From the NCBI GenBank assembly GCA_003990765.1, contig RBNJ01000277.1, positions 1-34,336 on the forward strand: a stretch of 34,336 bases of DNA. The letters run 5' to 3'. Each line of letters begins with the position of its first letter. The stretch's first letter is position 1. The notes under the pieces are model-generated. The model ran no database searches, was not told the origin of the DNA, and saw only the letters and a program-made list of their open reading frames with translations. This document shows positions 26,180-34,336 of this stretch, one piece after another. The position numbers were made by a program, and so were the translations under genes. Source of the stretch: Jimgerdemannia flammicorona. Lineage: Eukaryota.

Positions 26180-29100
26180 CTAAAGACTATACCCAAAGAC
26201 ATCTATAATGAAGTCTGGCAGAATATTCAAAAAGCCAAAATGGAAGTCCCTCTCTTGTAGTTTCTGCAACTAATACCAGCTGAAGTCAGAAACAAATTGA
26301 TAAAGACCACCAGGTCTAGCACTGGCTAAGTTCTAATTCTATAGCAAGAACCAGCTCCCATCCCTATCCAATCTGTAGAGAGATATATCAGTATCTATCT
26401 ATATAGAGATATTGGAGAACAAAAGGCAAAAATTCTCATAGAAACAGGAGCAGCTATCTGTATCATTGCCAAATGATTCCTGGATATCCTCTAATGGCCC
26501 ATTGATAGACTATCCAACCTCAGCATTATAGTAGCAGATTGAGCCTGAACTCAACCCCTTGGATAAGTATGAAACATCATTATCTCTCTTGGACATATTC
26601 AGTTCTCTATCCTGAAAGCTGTTGTCACTGAAGCTATCACCTATGACATAATTCTTAGCACCAATTGGATGAAGACAATGAATGCAGTTATTGATATTGA
26701 TCATTAAGTGTCCATGTTTGACTACTGAGACAAAAAGTACAGAGTTAAGATAACTAGCTATGAGTAATTAAAGAAGAAGAAGAATCTGAAAATAGAAATA
26801 ATCCCAGGCTCAATCTCTGAATCAATCTAGTAGATGACAGGCCAGAAGATAATGTATGGACCAGAAACACTGTCTCCATCACTATTGGAGCCATTGTAGA
26901 AGAAATCAAAGGATGCCCAATCTGTCTCAAAAGATACAAGTGTCCCAAACACTCCTCCAAGATCATTGGGATAAGAAATTTTCCTGGCATAGCCTGCTCT
27001 GAGTACAGAAGAAAGAAGAAGAAATGCAGACATATTCCAGAGATACCTGCAGCTAAAGCTGCAGAAGTAGAAGTAATTTGGGGTCAAGAATCATCTGAGA
27101 AGAAAGAAACTTCTAGAACAAGAGGTTCTTGAACAAGAAGTATCTGAAGAAGAAGAGGTCCATGAACTCAATCTCTGGGATAATTCTCACTAGATACTAC
27201 CTAAAGACAATAATCCCTGGAATGTTAAAGAAGGACCCAGTATAATCCCCATTATACCCAAGTAAGAAATATAATAAGAAAAAGCCTTTCAACTAGGAAG
27301 ATATCTACATCAAATGGCCTTCCACTCTCTCCAAGACTACTGCTATCAGTGCCATCTATTAGATTAATAAGAAAGACAGAGACCCTAAAGATTAGAACTC
27401 CCAATTACAGTTGCACAGTCAACCACCTTTCAGAAAGTCACCACAAAGATCCAAAGCTGATTTAGAGGACAAGGTCTCTTTACCTGAACAGAAGTATCTC
27501 TCTTGGTTACCCTTCCATCAACCTATGACTAAGATAGATACTAATTCCCAAGACAATAAGAGATCAACAACTGAGAACAGCATTTTTGAGCAATGGGATA
27601 TTGTAATCATAGAAGACACCCAGACTGCCAAGACTACAGACTTCAGAAGATTCACCTTAGCTAGGATATTGCAATCCATATATTGAAGAGAGGAGATAAT
27701 AGAGGTCAGATTCAAAAAAGCCAGACCAAGATATCAGGAAGAAGGACCCTCAAGATCTACAATTTAGGAGAAGATATCCTAGCTCTCATCAGATATAAAA
27801 CCTGCCAAGGATGGGTAGAAGATGTCACCAACTTTATGGAAGCCCTAGATCCTATAAAAAAAAGAGGAATCAATTATCTCTGAGACCCCTATACTGGAGC
27901 AAGATGGTCACACCTCAACCTCAGAGCTTGGAGACTTCCTGCCACTAGAGCTTCAGCCTAAGAATAGCCTGAACTCAGCAAAGATGTTGCTCAGTATACT
28001 CTGCTACATCCTAAGGCCAAACCTCCAACCAAAGCTCATCAAGAAGATATAGGGTATAATCTCTACAGTATGAAGAATGAACCTATCAAACCTGGAAGAA
28101 CACTGATATTCAGAACTGGAATAGTTATACTGTTACCCCAAGGAACTTATATCTAACTAAGCTCAAGATCTGGACTTTCCAGATAAGGAATAACTGTAGA
28201 AGGAGGAATCATAGACCCAGAATATACAGGTGAAATTAGGTCATTCTGTATAATAATAGTACAGAATGGTACCAAATTATTTAAGAACAGAAGATTGCCC
28301 AAGCAGTCTTCATGAAAGTCAAGAGCCCACAATTCCAAAAAGTCTCCAAACTGACTGAAGGAACAAGGCAAGCTGAAGGATTTGGAAGCTCAGATAAGAA
28401 GAAAGTATATCTCCTTCAGGTCAACCATCTCAAAAAGAATGTCCCTTAGCAAGTATACTGCCAACCAGTCAAACTGCACAAGAATCTCATCCTGGAGCCT
28501 AGAGAGCAAACTACCTTCGAAATCTTTGCACCACCTGATCCCAGAAATCTCTTCTTTGAATCCAATGAAGATATCTTGAGTCTAGATATTGAAGGACACA
28601 TACTCTCTAATAAGATGAATCCAGTTCACTCCTGAGCAATCAACCAAAGCTGGGAAAGCATCATATTACCTAAAGGAACCATCATAGGACATCTAGTGCT
28701 CTTCCTCAACTGAATCCACAGAGAAGTCTATGAGCTAAACTTATCAGAAAATGGCAAAAGATCCTAGAAGAAAGGAAAGACCCCTTCGTTATCCAGGAGA
28801 CAGTAAAGTCTTCCACCAATATTAGAGAGGAATTAACACCTCAGCAATATCAACAACTAGAAGAACTTCTCCCTCAACCAGCTCTTGAATTAGTCCTATA
28901 CTTATATATTGTACCAAAGAAAGAAGGATGGAGACTCTGTGTAGACTACAGAAAACTCAATTCAGTAACCAAAAAGGATACCTATCCTTTGCCCAGAATT
29001 GATGACCTTTCAGATAAGTTATAAGATATCAGATACTTCTACAGTATAGACCTTTTTACGATCCAAAGACATTCAGAAGACAGCCTTACTTACTCTGGAA

Positions 29101-30011
29101 AAACTGTTTGAATACATCTGAATGCCCTTTGAACTTTGCAATATATCTCCTATCTTCTAGAGAATAATGAATTTGGTCTATACTTCTCTGATCCACTACT
29201 TCTGATTATATATATAGATGATTCAAACATCTATTCAGCAAATTTCAAAGAATATCTATATTACCTTGAAGAATTCTTCAAGCTCACCTACAAAAATCAT
29301 CTGAGACTCAATGTCAAGAAATACTTTCTTGAGAAACAGAAACTTGAATTTCTTGGATTTATAGTTTTGAAAGAAGAAACCCATGCAGACCCAAAAAACA
29401 TTGAGAAGATCAACAATTGACCAGTACTCAAGACTCTAAAGAAAACACTATCCTTTCTGATACTAGTATCCTACTATAGAAGGTTTATCAAGAACTTTGC
29501 CCAAATTGCTACCCTAATTTGAATCCTTCTCAAGAAAGAAGTATCTTATAAATAGACAGAATTACATGAACTAGCCATTAAGGAACTCAAGCACTACATG
29601 ACTACAGCACTAATCCTTGTGTGCCCCAATCTATAGAAGTAATTCATCTTATATATAGATATCTCTAAAGATGGCCTGGGAACAGTTCTAGCTCAAGAAG
29701 GATTTAAACAATAACACTATATAATAGCTTATGCAAGTCAAGCTACCAATCAGCAGCAGATGAACTATGATAGCACTAAATTAGAATGTCTTATAGTTAT
29801 ATAAGTAGTCACTCTATTTAAGCATTACCTTATCAGAAAAAGATTCAATCTAATAACTGACCATATAGCTCTCAAATAGCTATTCAACTATAAGAAACCC
29901 ACTAGAATCCTAGTCTGCTAGATCCTTATCCTTCAGGATTACAAAATAACCATTATTCACAAAGTAGGAAAAGTCCACAACAATGTTGATATACTTTTCC
30001 ACCAATCCTAA
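26180..30011 (+). pseudogene. Gypsy-B pol copy 2: protease - unknown region - dUTPase - RT - RNase H, disrupted
   Basis: 26180-28870 is colinear with 17147-19892. It continues into [61 protein letters not shown] and HNNVDIL. Internal deletions at ~28870 and ~29057. Confidence 0.92.
27998..28395 (+). pseudogene. dut: Trimeric dUTPase domain, copy 2 (stops plus a 1-bp deletion)
   Basis: LLHPKAKPPTKAHQEDIGYNLYS...SSRSGLSR*GITVEGGIIDPEYTGEI...EQKIAQ...TRQAEGFGSSD. Confidence 0.93.
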
Positions 30012-31053
30012 TGAACCAGAAGAAGGATGTACTAAGTAACTATACCCTAAAGGAAGCTCTACTGACTATTAAGATATAAGAAGATCTCATTTGAAAAGAA
30101 TACCAGAAAGCCCATCAAGGATAAGTGAATATAGAAGAAAAGCTATAAACAATATATCAACATTGGCCCAATCTCAGAATATAGGTCCAGAATATACTTA
30201 AGAAATTTGACACTTGCCAGAAGTATCAAAGAAGAAAGAACCACCAAGTATCATTATAATCAATTGTACCACCAGACAATATCTTTCAGAGATGGAGAGT
30301 AGATATAATTAAACTCTTACTAGTTACAATAAGAAGAAACAAGTATATCTTTATATTTGTAGAATATCTGACCAAGTGGCCCAAGGCTTTCTCAATGGAA
30401 ATTTCAGATACCTTGACCATTGTAGTCCTCCTCCATAGACTCACACTTAGATATAGACCTTCAGAAGAACTTATCTCTGACTAAGGCACAGAATTCATCA
30501 ATAATATAGTTATAAGTTATGCCCAAATCCACAAGATCTACCTCAAATAGACTATATCATATTATCATCAGACCAATGATATGACAGAAAGAATGAACCA
30601 AACTATTAAGAAAGAACTTATCTGAGTCAATCCTTCCAACTGGGACCTCTGCTTATCTGAGATCCTATGGGAAATTCAGAATATCCCTGCTATCTCTACT
30701 AAACAAAAGCTCTTCTAAATGATGTTTACTAAGAAAACCAGAACTGCTGATTATGAGAACCTTGGAGACCTCCTCAAGAAAGCAGAGCAGTTATATAATC
30801 AAGCCTGAGTTCAGATTATTAAAGCCCAAGAAAGATAAAAGAAGTACTATAATCAGAAGCAGAAGAATCAGAAGATTAAGATCAGAGATCAAGTAGAAGT
30901 ATGATCAAAACAAACTTTGCGAAGAATTTTATCTTATACACAATATCAGAGGGACCAGCATCTATGTACTTAAGTAGCATAGATAGACAAACCCTGAGAA
31001 CACCAGTATATATCAATTGTCTCAAGATGTATCTCTCCCCATACCATGAATAA
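30011..31053 (+). pseudogene. Gypsy-B integrase (H2C2 remnant, DDE core, C-terminal module; no chromodomain seen)
   Basis: KAHQG..HWPNL..DTCQK; WRVDII..NKYIFIFVEYLTKWPKAF; ELISD*GTEF; HQTNDMTERMNQTIK; ends ...LKMYLSPYHE* at 31053. Confidence 0.9.
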
Positions 31054-31558
31054 GAGAATTGATAACTACCTCCAGACCCTTATTCTCAGTTTCTTCCAAG
31101 CTCTACCAGTTTCTCTATCATAGTTCTGAGAACCCAATAGAATATATCTTCAAAGAATCCAGGTTTGTTAAGAAAACCTCACTCTGGCTGAAAGATTACT
31201 CCAGATCCACCAGCTGCAGGCCTATTATGTAATTGGATAATAGTTGCAGAATCTTCCCCCCTCAGATCTGGTCTATATCTACAACACTACTAGCCTAAAC
31301 AGAAGGAATACCACTATTGTAGAAAGACTATATACAATCTATAAACAGAACCCTTTAGCTTTAACCCAGGTCTAGTTCTCTCTGAATAATCTCCAAAGGA
31401 TTACCCTATCCATCTACCTCAGTATCATATACTAAGTTGAGACCCTATTCCTCAAAAAAGAAGAGGAGCTCTTAGAATGGAGTGACTACAATATAAATAA
31501 TAATGATAGAACAGATATAGATACAGAAGCTGCTTATACTTATTGGGATAATGACTGA
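31046..31558 (+). pseudogene. Putative extra ORF (~170 codons) between integrase and PPT, unknown function
   Basis: ATG overlaps the integrase end (ATGAATAA). It reads MNKRIDNYLQTLILSFF...LQAYYVIG...IVERLYTIYKQNP...AAYTYWDND* if internal stops are reverted to CAR/CGA and one frameshift is allowed. Confidence 0.5.
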
Positions 31559-31585
31559 AAAACAGTCTGGGGCAAACTATTCTTC

Positions 31586-31597
31586 AGTGGGGGCTGA
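31586..31597 (+). promoter_or_regulatory. Polypurine tract (short, imperfect)
   Basis: agtgggggctga immediately before the TG start of the 3' LTR. Confidence 0.65.
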
Positions 31598-33102
31598 TGT
31601 GATAAGCAAATAGTATAATATAGTCAGATGATGTGACCTTCTAGTATAGCATAGTTACTCATATCCACCATACTTATAATTAGCCAAGATATCAAATCAA
31701 GGTTGTTTATCTATATTCTGAGGACACACCTGTGTCTGGTGGATACACTCATGTTCTGCTGATACACTCATATCCTGCAGACACACTCATGTCCTGAGAA
31801 TATACCTAAACATTACCAGAGATAGTAAATCTATAATTATTCAGATAGCAACCAGATAGTAACCACAATATATAAAATACTCCAGAGATAAGTGTAAATA
31901 AACCTCAGTCCAAATTGAAGTACAGTCCAAAGAAGCCTCTAAAGATTGAGCATTGGTCCCCTTTTCCCACTCCAGTCCACTTTCCAACACAAAGAATAAG
32001 TCCATTTTTGGTTTGCTTGCCAGATAAGCCTGAAGAATCTGAGAAATCTGTCAAGTTCAAGGAAGAACTTTGCCATCATTCAAGTAATCTGCCACTTAAG
32101 GAATAAGCCACTGTTTTCAAAACGTCTGCCATCTTGTCACTAAAGCCAGTCTGTTGATACAACTTCACAGTAGAGCCAGTCTATCAATGTAACTCCACAT
32201 AAACAAAGCCAGTCTTGATGCAACTTTGCTCAAGAAGTCCACATTCCCAGAGAGCCCTTAAGGAATCTTGTCACAAGCCAGTCTCTTGATGCAACTTCGC
32301 AGTGGAGCCAGTCTATGATGTAACTTCATGCAAACAAAGCCAGTCTTTGACGTAACTTAGTTAAGAATCCGCCATCTGAGCTACCCGAGTTATCAAGTTA
32401 TCCAATATTCCCAGAAGAGCCAATTCAGAAAGAATCCGCATCACCCGAGTTATCCACGCTATCTGAGTTATTTCCCAGAAGCCCGCCGATTCAGAGAGAA
32501 TCCGCATCATCTGCCGTTTTTGAGTTATCCGAATTATCCGCCCTCCTAGTTATCCGAATTATCTGCCCTCTGAGTTATCCGAATTATCCACCCTCCAAGT
32601 TATCTGAATTATCCGTGCCATCCGAGTTAATCACCCTTTCCCAGTGAGCCTGATTCAGGAGAATCCATGCCAAATCAAGTTATCTGCCAAATCGCATAAG
32701 GAAATCTGCCAAGATCGTCATGCCAGAAATCGTGTACTTTTGGAGATCGTCGTGCTACACAGAGATCACCCACTACTCAAGAAGGAAACCGCTAAATTGC
32801 CAGATCGTCCCACATAAGGAACCCATCCCACTATACAAGAGATCATCACACAGAAATCACATACTTTTGGAGAACGCCAATGCCATGCAAATCACCACTA
32901 CACCCAGAGAACCATCCCAATAAGGAAATCAACATACAAATTGACCATTGTATCCAGACTTGACTATTATATCACTAAACACTAAGGACATCAGGAATCT
33001 TAGAACATTTTGTTACTTTTTGTCAAAGTAACTGGGGGCTCAAGCCAAACTACATCAACTCCCAATCTTGTAATTTGCCTCCATTGAGCTGGGCACATTA
33101 CA
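31598..33102 (+). repeat. Gypsy-B 3' LTR (1505 bp)
   Basis: TGTGAT...ATTACA termini (imperfect inverted repeat); colinear with 7935-9320. Confidence 0.93.
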
Positions 33103-33343
33103 TTATAAATATATAAGTAGTATAAAAGAAATTAAACAAGATAAATAAAATAAGCAAAATATAAAAAATAATATATTGAATACTCTGAACATTAAGCTAT
33201 AGTATATAGATTATAATAAGATATTGCTTAATATAGTAACTTATAGTTTTGACTAAAAATTACATAGATATAATAATATATCTAATTTATTAACTTGAAA
33301 TTTATATATATTGCTTAGCTAAAACCTATTTACTATTAACTAG
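33103..33343. other. Very AT-rich low-complexity flank (probably old eroded repeat DNA)
   Basis: Strongly A/T-biased and TpA-rich; no ORF. Confidence 0.5.
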
Positions 33344-34054
33344 TTTTTTTTTTTTTTTTTTTTTTTTTTCTATACTCATTTATTCCAAACACAGGTACAT
33401 AGTGAACAGCAGGAAAAACATCCCCCAGATTACCTGACAAGAAAGTAAGTAGAGTCAGGCCCTGAAAAGAGTAGTCTCAGGCTACTCAACACCTAACCTT
33501 GGCAAGGCCAAGATGGCCAGAGCCTGGTTCTCTCTGTCCTGAGCTACTCCCACCCTCCCCTTCTTGCCCATAACAATGCTCTACCAAGGCCACAACTGGC
33601 CTCCTCATACAAATAATATATACAATAGTGAAGAGAAATGAAATGGCATACAGGCCTGATAAATCCCCAATCATAAGTTACTCCACCCCATCTTGGCTAC
33701 TCAGCATTAACCTATATACTTAATGAATGGGTCTGCCATCCAACTGCTGCTCTCCCTGCTCAACTCTGAGTCAGAAGTCACCATCTGACTTGTGACATCA
33801 GCACCTCAAGTAGCACCACCATCATATCTGATCTTACCCCAAAGGGCCACTAAATGTGACCCCAGCACCTCAAGTACCCCTGCAGTGTACACCCAGCCTA
33901 TCAGCTCCTCTCTCCCCAAAGTGGTGAAGTAGTCACTTTACTGATCTCCCTGCTGATCATCACACCATCACTGGCCAATCACCTGGCCCAATTGTCACTG
34001 TCATCTTGAATCACACCATCTGATATCTACCAATCACCAGTCACCATCACACCA
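33344..34054 (-). mobile_element. Unclassified polyadenylated retroposed element (SINE-like, LINE 3' UTR or retrocopy)
   Basis: 26-nt poly(T) at 33344-33369 on +, AATAAA at 33379-33384 on -, CpG-depleted body with short internal repeats. No homology to LINE A-D 3' ends; no TSD found; right boundary approximate. Confidence 0.55.
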
Positions 34055-34066
34055 TGTGTCGAAATC

Positions 34067-34336
34067 ATGATGGAACTCCATAAGCCTCGCCACAACCTCG
34101 AGGCAATCCCCACAGCATCCCCTTTTTGTGGACGTAGGAAGGAACTTTGCGAATTGTACTCTAATCTGCGACGTATGGTGAATCGTGGGACAGATTCTCA
34201 TCTCATTTGCACCATTTTGGGCATCCGCGGCCAGGGCAAGACAGCGTTGGCCAAGGAAGCAGCAGAACGGATGGCCCGTCTCTTCCCCGGTGGAATCTTT
34301 GCCTGTCAAATCGATGGCATGGAGCTGTCAGTCACT
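34067..34336 (+). CDS. NB-ARC/STAND-type P-loop NTPase (NLR-like), partial, runs off the window end
   Basis: 90 open codons: MMELHKPRHNLEAIPTASPFCGRRKELCELYSNL...ICTILGIRGQGKTALAKEAAERMARLFPGGIFACQ. Shows HNL..FxGRxxEL, Walker A GxxGxGKT at 34220-34243 and FPGGIF. CpG-rich, no stops. True start uncertain. Confidence 0.85.
   Translation, partial: MMELHKPRHNLEAIPTASPFCGRRKELCELYSNLRRMVNRGTDSHLICTILGIRGQGKTALAKEAAERMARLFPGGIFACQIDGMELSVT

Noticed and set aside
17147..26180. Treating the 2.7-kb duplication as a giant LINE target-site duplication
   Set aside because: The right junction is with LINE-D, not LINE-C, whose 5' part is missing; the copies are also too diverged and too long for a TSD.
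31046..31558. env gene or chromodomain after integrase
   Set aside because: No signal peptide, transmembrane segment or chromodomain motif recognisable; kept only as an unknown ORF.
33103..33107. Gypsy-B target-site duplication
   Set aside because: The left end of the 5' LTR is deleted, so ttata cannot be paired.
34034..34309. Minus-strand 91-aa Cys-rich ORF
   Set aside because: Shadow of the plus-strand NB-ARC frame, which has clear motifs.

Overview
Eukaryotic (probably fungal or protist; the host cannot be identified from this window) nested transposable-element island, heavily decayed by C->T/G->A transitions with strong CpG depletion. It holds four L1/Tx1-type LINE copies on the minus strand: A 1-5606, B 9705-15601 (full length, with a target-site duplication), C 19949-22026 and D 22027-~26179. 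These sit inside two Ty3/gypsy families on the plus strand. Gypsy-A is a pol fragment (5607-~7835). Gypsy-B spans 7935-33102, with ~1.4-1.5 kb LTRs. Gypsy-B is the most unusual element. It has a complete trimeric dUTPase and a ~430-codon Cys/His-motif region between protease and RT, both present twice (17147-19892 and 26180-28870). Its integrase apparently sits in a separate ORF coupled by TAATG, and a further ORF is coupled to the integrase stop. Also present: a probable hAT-like terminus (7836-7934), an unclassified polyadenylated element (33344-~34054) and, at the right edge, an intact CpG-rich NB-ARC/STAND P-loop NTPase ORF running off the window. The dUTPases and the NB-ARC ORF are missing from the supplied ORF track and were found by manual translation.
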